A stretch of DNA of 64,000 nucleotides from an uncultured Clostridia bacterium (lineage in GTDB: Bacteria > Bacillota > Clostridia > Christensenellales > Borkfalkiaceae): assembly GCA_944363395.1 (NCBI GenBank), contig CALVUC010000002.1:11798-75797 (forward strand), given 5' to 3'. The translations under genes were made by a program, and so were the position numbers. Of the stretch, positions 46,801-55,004 are shown piece by piece. Positions within the stretch are counted from its first letter, which is position 1; each line of letters begins with the position of its first letter. The notes under the pieces are model-generated. The model saw only the letters and a list, made by a program, of their open reading frames with translations. It did no database searches and was not told the origin of the DNA.

Positions 46801-49800
46801 AGCGTCGCCCGCCCGATCGTGAGTTTGCCCCAGGTGTTGCCGCCTTCCTGCGAGCCGTTGCCCGCGAACGTCACGGCATAGTTGCCGTTTTCATACGTCG
46901 CCGTGATGTCGTGTGTGCCCGCGTTCACGCCCGTTGTCGCAAGCGTGACGTGGAGATCGGCTTTGTCGTCGCCCCCGTAGAGGTCATCGACCGTGAATTC
47001 GCCCTGCGTAAGCGCCGCCGTGACGCCCGTGTACGTCGTGGTCTGATCAAGGATGGTGACCGTGACCGCGCGCTGTTCGACCGTGAGCGTCGCCGCTCCC
47101 ACAATGATATTGTAGTTGCCCGAGGAGAGGCTCTCCGTCGTCACCTCGTACACGGAGCCCGCCGCCGCGCCCGGCGCGTAGGCATTGCCGCCGCTGTCGC
47201 GGGTCAGATAGACGATGGCGTCATAGCCTTCCAGCAAGCGCTCGTCCTCGCCGTCCGCAAAGCCGCTGTACGAAACGGAGAATGCGACCGAACCGATCGC
47301 GTCGCCATAGACGATCGCGCCTTCACTGCCGCCGTCCACAAGGACGGTAACGGTGAGATCCCGCCTTTCGATCGCGAACTCACGCGCGGCGTCCGCCATC
47401 GCATAGTTGGGATCGGTGACACGGACGGTGACCTTGTAGCTGCCGACGCCGACGGGCGCCGTGGACGAAGCCGCATAGTCCGTGCCGTCCACGCCCTCGT
47501 AGGTCACCGTGTAGCCGTTCCATTCCTCGTCGACGATCGCCGCAGCGCCCTCCTTGGTGAAGGTGAGCTTGACGGGATGCTCCTGCGCGTCGTAGGTGAG
47601 ATCCGGATCCGGCGTGATCGTGACGCCGATCGCACGCGCAATGATCTCGAAGGAGATCCCCGACGAACCTGCGGTGAAGTTGGGGTTATCCGACGTGAAC
47701 TGCACGCGGTAGTACCCGGCGTCGACGGGGGCATATTCCTGCCCTTCCCCGAGCTCCTCAAACTTGCTAAGGTCGGCAAGATCGGGGTTCCAATCTTCCG
47801 CCGCTCCTGTGTAGACATAGTACACGGGCGTAAGCTGCGCCGCTTCCCCGCCCTGCGTGGTCGCGGAATACTGCTTTGCCGCGCCGTCATACTCAAGAGA
47901 CCCTGGTGCGGTGATATTGATGGAGACCGTCGTCACGCCGATCGTGTAGCTGCCGACTTCGCCCTCGTAGACGGTTTCGCCGTCGGAAGTGATGGTCTGC
48001 GTGCCGCCGTTTCCCTCAAACCCGATCTCGTAATTTTTGGCGTAATCATTGAGAACGGGGTAGATATAGTACGTCCCGACGGGAGACGTGTTCGTTGCCG
48101 TGGTGCGAAGTTCGAAGGGAACCTCGCTGTTGTAGAATGTCTCCTCGATGCAGCTCCATGTCAGGTCACCGAGTTCGGCAAGATAGTCGCTGCCCGCGTC
48201 GTTGATCCGCACGGTGACGGCGCGCTTGTTGACAGTGAGGTAGCCATCGACCGCGGTCACCGTATAGTTTTTGGCTTCGCCCAAGAACTTCGTATAGATC
48301 ACATAGGAGTTTTCGCCCGCGGCGTTGCCCGTGAAATAGCTTGTCTCAATGGTGTCGACCGAAAGCCCGGTTTTAAGGAGGGTGTCAAAGTTCTCGCCGT
48401 TTGCATAGGCGCCTTGCGTGGCGCGCGCCACATACGAGCTGTGCTCGTCGCCCTTGAAGTCTTCGGCGGCGCCGTAGCCGTAGGTGACCTCGCCATAGAT
48501 GGCGATGGAGATGGCGATCTTTTCGATCTTGACCGTGACGAAGTCGATCACGTCTTTATGGTTGTCGGCGCTGACTTTGTACCAGACGGTGTATTCCCCC
48601 GCGTCCGTAAACGTCGGCATCGACGTCCAGCCTTCCGCATCCGCAGCGGGCTGCGAGTCGCTGACGATGAACGTCCAGTCGGCATCCTTTCCGTCCGCTG
48701 TCGCAGCGGTATACCCATCGACGAGGGCGTTGTGCGCCGCGGCGTCGTACGTTCCCGCATAGCCCTCTGCGCCGTCGACGGTAATGTCCGCCTTTTTGAT
48801 CGTGTACTTATGCGTGAAGGTATCGCCGAGTTCGTAGTTGTCGCCCCAATCGCCGATAGTTGCCGTGAAGGTGTATTCTCCCGCGGCGATGAAGTCGGCG
48901 GAACTGCCGTCCTTTGCAATACTCTCGCCGAGGTCGAGCGTGCCGTCATCATTGACGCCCGTTGCCGAAGCGAACGCGCCGCCATTTCCCTCATACAGAT
49001 CTGCGCCCGTGTAAACGAGATCATACGCCGCCCAGTCGACCGACGTGATCGTGTACTTGTCGACGACGAGTTTTTGTTCGGGCGTGTAGTCCCGATCGGT
49101 CTCGCCCTTGGTGAAGGTATAGTTCGGGTTGTCGATCGTCAGCGTGATGGTATAGCTGCCCGCAGGGGAAGCCGCGTCAGCCCAGACGTCGCTTGCGTCC
49201 ACGCCCTCGTAGGTGACTTCGCCTTTGAGGATATCCTGCGCCTCGCCGTTGACGAGACCTTTAACGCTCCACGCCGTCCCCTTCGCGCTGCCGTAAGTGC
49301 CGCCGTCGTAGGTGAACGCAGGCGTCAGGAGGGCGGGCATGATGGTGAAGGCGTCTTCAAAGGTCTTGCGCTCATTGCCCGCGTCGCCCGTCCAGCCCGT
49401 AACGGTAAAGTTGGGGTTGGTGAAAGTGAGCGTGACCGCGTAGCTGCCCGCGTCCCTATTTTCCGCGATCTCGAAGACGATCGCATCGTCGAGGTCGGCG
49501 TCGAAGGTGTCGCCCGTAGTAACGATGTAAGAATCGTTCAGACCGCCCGTGAACACCTCGGAAGCGTCATACGCCGTGCCGCGGTAGGGTTCACTCTTTT
49601 TGACGACGTCGATCCCGATCTCAGCCGGTTTGATCGTGTACTCGTGCGTGAAGGTCAAGGTCGTACTGAGTACATAATTATATGCCTGCTCGGTGGTCAG
49701 TTTCGCCTCAAACAGATAGGTGCCGACATCTTGGAACCTCACCTCGACGCCGTTTTGCGTGATCTTCTCGTCGAGCATGAGCGAATCTTCGTCATAGAGG

Positions 49801-52800
49801 CTGACGCCTTTCGTCGTTGCGAAGCGCTTATCATATTTCTGATACAAATCGGCATTGCAGTAGGTCAGGTCATGACCTCCCCACCAACTCACACTGCCGG
49901 TCATATAGCGCTCAATCGTAAATTCCTTCTTCTGCGACATCGCGCCGCCTGCGAGCTGATAGTTCTTGTTGCCGATGGTCGCCGTGACGGTGTATTTGCC
50001 CGCTTCGAACTTACCCGTAAAGTCTCTTCCGCTGTTGAGCGTGGCCGCATACGAGAAGGAGAGTTCCGCATCTTCATCTTCGATCGTATCTTTCGTAAAA
50101 TCGATCTGAATCTGATCGTCGCCGAGGAAGGAACCGTAGACGGTTTTCTGCGGCTCGATCGTAAAGGCGATCGTATAGGGCGTGATCGTGAAATCCTGCG
50201 AAAGCCCGCTTGCGCCCGTGAGCGTGTAGTTGGCGTTGGTAATTTCGACGATCGCAACGGTGTAGCTGCCGACGTCGACCGCCTTGCCGCCCGTGAGCTC
50301 GCTGTCCTTCTTCGTCACCTGATAGGTGATGCCGAGACCGTCGATCGTATCCTCCTCATACTGCGCGTTGAACGACGCCGCTTCGGGCTGATAGGACGTA
50401 CCCTGCCCGCCGTACTCCGCCGTGCTGCCGTCCCACTTCACTGCGAGCGCGCGCGGTCTGATCGTGAAGGAAGCGTCCGTAACGTTCAGGATGAAGTTGT
50501 CCGTGTGGATGGAAACGCCGTCCGCCCATTGCGCCGTGACGGTGTAGCTTCCCGCGTTGCGGGGCTTGCCTGCGACGAGCTGCGCGCCCGTGGTGCTTTT
50601 ATAGACGAGCTGCAGCGAGCCTGCCGTGACCTTCTCGTAGGTAAAGCCGCCGCCGTCGGTCGCGTTGTCCTTGATGTCGGCATCTGCGATGGCAGCTTCC
50701 TGCCATTCGCCGTACATCGCGCCATTGCCGTGTACGGTGACGCCGATCGTGCGCGCCTCGATGGTGAAGGAAACGGGATCGGATGTCGTGCCGGAGTAAG
50801 CGTCTGTCTGCGCAACGCTTGCGACGACATAATATTCGCCGACATTCGTTGGCATTCCGTTCAACTCGTCGCGCCCGCCCTCATCGTAGGCATCTTTTTC
50901 ATAATAGAGGTAGGTGACCTCACCGGGGTCGGAAACAGGCGCGCCGCTCGCGTCGGTGATCGTGGTATTCAGTTTGATCGCACCGTTGCCGCCATAAGTC
51001 CAACTGCTTTCGCTGAGAGAGACCTCCGCCTTGACCTGCGCCTTCGTGATCTCATACACGACCGTAACGGTCACACCGTTTGCGGAGAGCGTATCCTCAA
51101 ACGTATCGTCCTTATACAGCCCGGTCCACGCATAGTTTTCGGGATGGGTAAGCTCGATCGTGACCGTATATTGGGCAACCGCATTGCCCGAAGGGCTGCG
51201 CGTGACAATCGTGTAGAGTTTGGGATTCTCCTCGATCTTAAGATGGCTGTCCGCCGAGTTCGTGAAGGGAATACGGCGGTCGCCGTCAGTCAGATCGCCT
51301 TCGATATCCGGTTCCGAGACGATCTCCGAAACGCTGATCTGTGCCTTGGTAATGGTGAAATCGCTTTCACACTGTTCTGCGTTCAGATAATAGTTGCCTT
51401 CGCTGATGGAGAGCGCGACATGATAACTGCCCGCATTGACCGCGCTGTCGCCCGTAAGTTCGCTGTCCTCCTTCGCCGTCACCTCATAGGTGATGGTGTA
51501 GTTGGCGCTGTCGCCTTCCGGCATCCAGCCGCTGACAGTATATTCGGGAACAAACGCCGCCTCATCATATGCCGCGGAGAGCTCGTCCCATTGGACGGTC
51601 AGTTCTGCCTGTTTGATGACAAAGTCCTCGAACACAACGGGGTTGCGATCGTCGCCGTCCGACCACTTATAGTTATCGGAAGCAAGGCTGACCGTGACGG
51701 TGTATGTACCGGCATTTGTCTGCACGTTCCCGTCGATCATCATCGTGCTTTCGCCGAAAGGCTTCGGGTCGTAGCCTTTGGGCATATAGGTTTGCTCGCC
51801 GCCGTTATAAGTGAAGTCGACGTTCGCCATTGCCGTGGGCTTGTCGACCGCATAGGGCGTGATCGTGAAGTCCTTTGAAAGATCGGCTGCGTCTTTGAGC
51901 GTGTAGTTGTCGTTGGTAATTGCGTCGATCGCAACGGTGTAGCCGCCGACGTCGATCGCCATGCCGTCTGAGAGCGCGCTGTCCGCCTGCGCCGTCACCT
52001 GATAGGCGATGCCGACGGTGTCCTGCACGCCGTTCTGCGAGGCGAGGTTTACGATCGTCGCTTCGGGGTTCCACGCATCCCCGTCATATACATGGGTCAG
52101 CGTCCCCCACTGCACTTCGATCACGCGCGGGCTGATCGTAAATTCACACGTTACATCTTCGGGCAGCGTGTAGTTGTCCGCGCCCGTGCCCTCGATCCGC
52201 ACGACTTCGGCGGTGTAACCGGTACCCGCATTCGTCCGCTCGCCCGAGACCGTCAGAGAGATGCCGTCGCGGGCATAGGCGTTCGCCGCCGTTGCCGTGG
52301 GCTTGTGCGCCCCGCCGTCGTAAATGAACGACGTGTCCGACCAGCCGATCGTAAGTTCGAGCGGCGTGATCGTGAAGGAGAGTTCTTTCTCTGCCGCCGT
52401 CGAAGCGTCGGGGTTCGTATCGTCCGCCCACTTGTGGTTGTCGCTGTCCGTAAGGGTCAGCGTGACGGGGTATGTAGCCGCATCCACCCAATCGCCGCCT
52501 TGTTCGACGGAGTACAGGTCATTTTGCGCAATGTCGGCGGTCTGCGCCGCGCCGTTGTAAGTCTTGGAGCCGATCGTGGGAACATCGACTGCCTTCTTGG
52601 CGATCGTCCATGTAAACGGCTTATCATCGGTCGTCCCGTCCGACCACACGAGGTTGGCGGTATCGCCGAGGGAGGCGGTGACGGTGTACTTCCCCGCATT
52701 GGTCGCCTTCAGTTCACCGCTCGCAAGATCGGCGGACGCGCCGTCCGAGATCGTAAGCGTGACGCGCGTCTCGATCGAAAGCCCGGCGGAAGGCGCCCAG

Positions 52801-54695
52801 CCCGCAAGCGAGGCCGTCTGCGTGCTGCCGCTGTATGTATAGCCGGGATCGGTGAAGGAAGGCGCGGAGATCTTCAGTTTGGCGATCGAGTAGGTGATCG
52901 TCAGGGTGTTGCCGCTGACCGCGTAACCTTCGCCGTCGATGTCCTCGCTCCAGGTCGCCTCGTCCGCGTCCTCGATCGTAAACGTCGCGGTGTATTCGCC
53001 CGCATCGGTGCCGCCCGCATTCGTGACGGCGAGATAGCTCGCATCGTTCTCCCCCGCGTAGGTCACGGCGGGAGCCTGACTTGCGCCCGTATAAGTGAGC
53101 GCGGAAAGCGTCGGCGCACCCAGCACGCGCTGCCCGATCGTGAACGTGGCGAGCTCTTTGTCCTCCACCGCCGTGAAGTTGCCGCTCGCCGCGACGCTGA
53201 CGGTGAGCGTGTAAGTCCCCGTCTCGTTGGGAAGGTTGGGTTCCGTCCCCGAGCCGCTCGTCGGGCCGCCGCCCGTCTTGCTGTAAGTGTAGGTGACGTC
53301 GCCGCCGCCGTAGTTATTCAAAAGGGTAAAGGAGACGTCGTCGTCGCGGTTCCAATGAAGCTCGCCTTCCTGATAGGCGCTCTCGCTCCATTTGAGCTCG
53401 ATCGGCGGCTCCACGGGATAGATCTCATATTCGACCGTGACCTCGCGGAGATCTTCGTTATTCTCATCATTACGGAAGAAGTACGCCTGCGCCGACTCTT
53501 TCAGCGCCACGGTCACGGTATAGGTGCCTGCGTCCGTGACGGTAATGGAACCGTTGGAAGCATTATACGTCGGCGCCGTCCCGGAAAATCCTTCCTGCGC
53601 GGAGACGCCCGTGATCTCCATGATGGCGGGATCATAATAACTGTTCAGTCCGATCGTCTGCTTTGTCCCCGTGACGATATTGTCCGAAACGGAATATTGA
53701 TAATCGCTGCCCTCTGCGGAGAAGTTGGGGGCAGTCACGGCGACGCGGCTGACTTGAAGATCGGCATAACATTCTACCGATGTTCCGTTTTCAGTATAAG
53801 TGATCTTGACCCTGCCGCTTCCGTCTTCATAAATGTAGCCCGTAGCGTCGGGATCGACTTCCCAGCCGCCCTCCTCGGTCTTGCGCATATATTCAACGCG
53901 ATATGCACCGAAGGACAGCGTAACCGTACCGCCCGAATATACGACCGTCACAGTCAAATCGCCTGCCTTACAAGGCGCAAGCGCATTGACGGAACTTCCT
54001 ACCGCAAACATGGAAACGGGCGTAGCCGGGTTGACGCCGGTGACCGTACAAGGGCAGGTGATATTGGTCACGCTGCCGCCCTCTTGATACGCGACCGTAA
54101 CTTCTACGTCGTACGGAGCATTCACATTCGGCGTCTTGGGCGCAAGGTTCCCCTGGATCGTATATTCGCTTTGAGAAAGGGTGTCTTCCGTCCCATCCCA
54201 CCCGATCGCCTTCACGGTGAAATAACTCGGGATCGTGACAACGGGCGTATACGAATAGAGCGTCGCGCCGCCGTTGTATGTAGCAGAAATCGACCTTACC
54301 GCATCCTTCTGCGCGGTAAAGCCTGTAATATGAAACGGCTCGGACTGCACGTCGCCCCCCGAAACGACGACGGTAAATTCGTTCGTTTCGTTGGAACCTT
54401 CCGCAAAGTTCGCCTCCAATTCAAATTGCGACGCCCCGAGTTCGCCCAGCGACGTCCCGTCGGCATCAAACGCCTCAACGGTAAGCGCATTCTTGAGCTG
54501 CGCGTACGAGGTGTTTTCGTCGATCTCGTAACCGGGATCGAGTTTCAACCCGACCTTGACGGACTCGATCGCACTTGTGTCCTCCACGTCCGCGGAAGCC
54601 GGGACGGGCTCCGTGCAGACCCACGCAAATACCGCCGCTGCGATCATCGCCAGCAGCAGGAAAAAGCGCGTCCATGTTCTGACCTTTGTTCTCAT
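40833..54695 (-). CDS. giant (4620 aa) repetitive cell-surface protein: signal peptide, about 45-50 Ig-like/MBG-YDG-type repeats, C-terminal membrane helices, acidic PE-repeat tail
   Basis: ORF 40833..54734 trimmed to ATG 54695 behind GGAGGG. MRTKVRTWTRFFLLLAMIAAAVFAWVCTEPVPASA signal peptide. I counted about 47 (D/N)(A/V)GxYxV signatures. Many ...TITxAxLTVxxxxxxxxYG/YDG...Y.GFV.GE... units. No LPXTG. Confidence 0.9.
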   Translation of the reverse strand: MRTKVRTWTRFFLLLAMIAAAVFAWVCTEPVPASADVEDTSAIESVKVGLKLDPGYEIDENTSYAQLKNALTVEAFDADGTSLGELGASQFELEANFAEGSNETNEFTVVVSGGDVQSEPFHITGFTAQKDAVRSISATYNGGATLYSYTPVVTIPSYFTVKAIGWDGTEDTLSQSEYTIQGNLAPKTPNVNAPYDVEVTVAYQEGGSVTNITCPCTVTGVNPATPVSMFAVGSSVNALAPCKAGDLTVTVVYSGGTVTLSFGAYRVEYMRKTEEGGWEVDPDATGYIYEDGSGRVKITYTENGTSVECYADLQVSRVAVTAPNFSAEGSDYQYSVSDNIVTGTKQTIGLNSYYDPAIMEITGVSAQEGFSGTAPTYNASNGSITVTDAGTYTVTVALKESAQAYFFRNDENNEDLREVTVEYEIYPVEPPIELKWSESAYQEGELHWNRDDDVSFTLLNNYGGGDVTYTYSKTGGGPTSGSGTEPNLPNETGTYTLTVSVAASGNFTAVEDKELATFTIGQRVLGAPTLSALTYTGASQAPAVTYAGENDASYLAVTNAGGTDAGEYTATFTIEDADEATWSEDIDGEGYAVSGNTLTITYSIAKLKISAPSFTDPGYTYSGSTQTASLAGWAPSAGLSIETRVTLTISDGASADLASGELKATNAGKYTVTASLGDTANLVWSDGTTDDKPFTWTIAKKAVDVPTIGSKTYNGAAQTADIAQNDLYSVEQGGDWVDAATYPVTLTLTDSDNHKWADDTNPDASTAAEKELSFTITPLELTIGWSDTSFIYDGGAHKPTATAANAYARDGISLTVSGERTNAGTGYTAEVVRIEGTGADNYTLPEDVTCEFTISPRVIEVQWGTLTHVYDGDAWNPEATIVNLASQNGVQDTVGIAYQVTAQADSALSDGMAIDVGGYTVAIDAITNDNYTLKDAADLSKDFTITPYAVDKPTAMANVDFTYNGGEQTYMPKGYDPKPFGESTMMIDGNVQTNAGTYTVTVSLASDNYKWSDGDDRNPVVFEDFVIKQAELTVQWDELSAAYDEAAFVPEYTVSGWMPEGDSANYTITYEVTAKEDSELTGDSAVNAGSYHVALSISEGNYYLNAEQCESDFTITKAQISVSEIVSEPDIEGDLTDGDRRIPFTNSADSHLKIEENPKLYTIVTRSPSGNAVAQYTVTIELTHPENYAWTGLYKDDTFEDTLSANGVTVTVVYEITKAQVKAEVSLSESSWTYGGNGAIKLNTTITDASGAPVSDPGEVTYLYYEKDAYDEGGRDELNGMPTNVGEYYVVASVAQTDAYSGTTSDPVSFTIEARTIGVTVHGNGAMYGEWQEAAIADADIKDNATDGGGFTYEKVTAGSLQLVYKSTTGAQLVAGKPRNAGSYTVTAQWADGVSIHTDNFILNVTDASFTIRPRALAVKWDGSTAEYGGQGTSYQPEAASFNAQYEEDTIDGLGITYQVTKKDSELTGGKAVDVGSYTVAIVEITNANYTLTGASGLSQDFTITPYTIAFTIEPQKTVYGSFLGDDQIQIDFTKDTIEDEDAELSFSYAATLNSGRDFTGKFEAGKYTVTATIGNKNYQLAGGAMSQKKEFTIERYMTGSVSWWGGHDLTYCNADLYQKYDKRFATTKGVSLYDEDSLMLDEKITQNGVEVRFQDVGTYLFEAKLTTEQAYNYVLSTTLTFTHEYTIKPAEIGIDVVKKSEPYRGTAYDASEVFTGGLNDSYIVTTGDTFDADLDDAIVFEIAENRDAGSYAVTLTFTNPNFTVTGWTGDAGNERKTFEDAFTIMPALLTPAFTYDGGTYGSAKGTAWSVKGLVNGEAQDILKGEVTYEGVDASDVWADAASPAGSYTITLTIDNPNYTFTKGETDRDYTPEQKLVVDKYTITSVDWAAYDLVYTGADLYEGNGGAFASATGVNDDGTLDLGESIAKDGSSADFIAAGEYTFTATIGDWGDNYELGDTFTHKYTIKKADITVDGAEGYAGTYDAAAHNALVDGYTAATADGKDADWTFIVSDSQPAADAEGWTSMPTFTDAGEYTVWYKVSADNHKDVIDFVTVKIEKIAISIAIYGEVTYGYGAAEDFKGDEHSSYVARATQGAYANGENFDTLLKTGLSVDTIETSYFTGNAAGENSYVIYTKFLGEAKNYTVTAVDGYLTVNKRAVTVRINDAGSDYLAELGDLTWSCIEETFYNSEVPFELRTTATNTSPVGTYYIYPVLNDYAKNYEIGFEGNGGTQTITSDGETVYEGEVGSYTIGVTTVSINITAPGSLEYDGAAKQYSATTQGGEAAQLTPVYYVYTGAAEDWNPDLADLSKFEELGEGQEYAPVDAGYYRVQFTSDNPNFTAGSSGISFEIIARAIGVTITPDPDLTYDAQEHPVKLTFTKEGAAAIVDEEWNGYTVTYEGVDGTDYAASSTAPVGVGSYKVTVRVTDPNYAMADAAREFAIERRDLTVTVLVDGGSEGAIVYGDAIGSVAFSVSYSGFADGEDERLLEGYDAIVYLTRDSGGNAYAPGAAAGSVYEVTTESLSSGNYNIIVGAATLTVEQRAVTVTILDQTTTYTGVTAALTQGEFTVDDLYGGDDKADLHVTLATTGVNAGTHDITATYENGNYAVTFAGNGSQEGGNTWGKLTIGRATLTVTVQDASITYGDALDADALFTVKYSGFVNNEGNENGSTFSDLKGTIVYTTASKDGNAAYAQGDAAGSKYTISASGLTSSNYTIVFEKGTLTVEKRVVTVSVTPGSEQYCYGDPIAAIVEFTNKYDTDSVAHEVWYRGTCNNGAFLGGSADEWVTTEPVNAGVYFAKVEITDDNYIFAKGETYSDEFGYDIAKRLLDADWEKTAIQVDQDITEHKNRLLFYGLDGYEDPIDTVLSVGTQVAVGNGAQILQQAVSTNDYTITVNGVAGTYTVVITIKDFNNYTFDEGNETTIGFEVSAELNELSFLEEADLGWTYGTPAAWTNGTGLDNILQLTYGDTSDIIFSYAVRTEAGSPAGAVYSKTLPSDAGSYWVRAYYPGNVASGYGTAFAYAEFTISPLGVALPALDTAESTYNVDVYNGTPLTNNVNGYVSGTMTVSSTATIATSTEGGFTVCVQTSNAGEYTVTIALTSDNFVWEDGTAEAVVLTWTVRAAADNTVAIPDAEGGNSWTYGDTPSTLPQASATYGTAVYAYALLPEGFTGEDYSAVTGWTGGFPTDAGRYVVRATVAKTNNYNGAVAYKQFTIEAAEIAVSGVAGYAGTYDGRQHNARTAGTAETVDGSAVTWQYRLDGQNDWQTAQIALKDAGEYTVWYKVSAKNHADATSSFRVRIDKATLGVVIGSAEIVYGEQAPESYSIEYRGFVLGETQTVITGTPVFTAEGYSGAAGEYDVTVSGIEAKNYDFDIVKGTLIVRKKTVNVTIGSASSVYGSEVSADEVTWSADDEAFAAAYGDYIALSTTADATSDVGSYPVEGSIVGSPEGIGNYEIVFKNGAYTITAKPVTVTITPNGGVYSGTVTPAEAAFAAGDIVSGDTVTITLTYTDSASYNSTDVPTDAGTYIVTATLAGADAGNYSLDPTSAVFTIGRAEVEIPAAQSKPYTGKPLTADLATNDIYSVKQGGGWINVNTYDVELTIIDPNYKWKGAEGDTVTVGFTIEQAANKFTEQPVVTPWTYGEYDDTVNAPADAAADFGDVVYEYAVRTGDDTSAVTEWFTWGDMTDLAAGDYWLIAVVTGDRNWKGAQSEAFAFTVRRAQLPLPSLTVSETTYTGDELSNVIADFDGAKMEVSVTEGARAENGVVYATAGGVYTVTVTLTDLNYVWQGEDDVIELTWTVTAAENAIEEIVFDDEWTYFGARDPETPSATAAFGEPVFAYAVLPVDFAGDYSALDWTDAMPSDVGSYVLRASVAATDSWNAAEGYFTFTILPAEIALSGVKGYTGTYDAEEHNARTAGSAAAVDGSAVTWQYALTNDEDTVWSTEQIAFTDAGTYTVYCKLSAVNHADAFVELTVVIRKAQLVVRVGTATIDYGEDAPSAFGVTYAGFVGGEDESVLTGSLTFTVVGYTAGSAAGSYTVRASGLEAENYEIDYRTGTLFVRSVDLTVTIAAGGGVYGGTITPATATLHGAYEDDEVGVILTYTGTANDGTSYNSTAVPTKAGTYIVTATLTTDSYRLIGTTSAAFVIERQMVRVPSPGSKPYTGKPQQSNLTETDLYTVEQGDDWVDVGSYTVTLTLKDTANYRWDNANAAVASVTFRITSAENAFIKSPVIEDWMYGDEPNVPSGAQALYGNDFIVYKYSAEKDGEYSSVVPEDAGSYYVRAYVEAAGNYGGAVSEAVAFRILPRPVALPSLETGSSVYSGGSLTNAIVGYDPLMMAVAEGAVAVVDGKTVLSEVNAGVYTVKIALTSGNYVWEDGSETATLTWTIAKLAIEKPAADKDAFIADGGLLEYVPEGFDDETMEIEGNIRLDAGTYTVYVTLRDPANYCWSDGTTDAVTFTWLIEEEVLSLLWLIILLAVIAAIELVILIVGIVRRKKRDGDGGDGGAGGTKAASVAALPMFLAVFSPAEVTVCWILGAVVVILLVAILLVFLLKKKGTEEAAEAAAADAAEPAEPEEPAAPEEPAEPEEPAAPEKPAEPAEPEEPAEPEEPAEPEDRSGQTE
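40857..40997 (-). repeat. tandem repeat encoding (P-E-E-P-A-E)n in the C-terminal tail of the giant protein
   Basis: Plus strand shows reiterated ggttcttcgggctc(t/c)gc(g/a)g units, translating to AEPAEPEEPAAPEEPAEPEEPAAPEKPAEPAEPEEPAEPEEPAEPE. Confidence 0.85.
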
Positions 54696-54715
54696 ACCGT
54701 TTCCCTCCGATATCC

Positions 54716-54741
54716 CATATGCGCACATCTGCACGCATATG
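54716..54741 (-). other. 8-bp-stem hairpin in the 5' leader just upstream of the giant gene RBS
   Basis: catatgcg-10 nt-cgcatatg, about 8 nt from the GGAGGG Shine-Dalgarno. Confidence 0.4.
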
Positions 54742-54977
54742 CGGCACCCCTTGGAAGATGCCGTGTTCCCATGCGGTCTCCCGCACTTGCTGCCTTTGCC
54801 CGCGGAGCCGCAGCCCCGCCCGTTATGACGGCTCTATTATAGGATAGACGCCGCACGCCGTGCCTTTGACATTTTGTCCTTTCCTGCAAGATCGCGTCGA
54901 GTTTCGCCCGCGACGGCATTTTGTTAAATTTCCTAACAATATTGGGAAGAGGATAAAATTGCCCATTAGACATATCT

Positions 54978-55004
54978 ATTATAGCACCCCCCCCGTTTTG
55001 TCAA
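54978..55004 (-). promoter_or_regulatory. candidate promoter of the giant gene with a G8 homopolymer in a 15-nt spacer
   Basis: Minus strand reads AAAGTATTGACA-aaac-GGGGGGGG-tgc-TATAAT (tgtcaa 54999..55004, C8 54987..54994, attata 54978..54983). It lies about 280 nt upstream of ATG 54695. Confidence 0.5.

Noticed and set aside
42435-51878. 3147-aa plus-strand ORF antisense to the giant gene. Similar long antisense ORFs include 22314..26135, 3304..5505, 34807..37293, 30017..32602, 8525..9868, 871..2103 and 20550..22244.
   Set aside because: They mirror well-supported minus-strand genes. Their products are Arg/Ala/Gly/Asp/Val-rich with no motifs. They lack RBS and promoters. This is the expected stop-codon-poor antisense frame of a GC-rich genome.
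54692-54973. 93-aa ORF upstream of the giant gene whose stop overlaps the giant gene ATG (ATGA).
   Set aside because: Its ATG lies only 4 nt after the -10 box, so it would be upstream of the TSS. It has no RBS. The peptide is highly basic and Arg-rich, like non-coding GC-rich sequence. It is kept only as a note within the leader finding.
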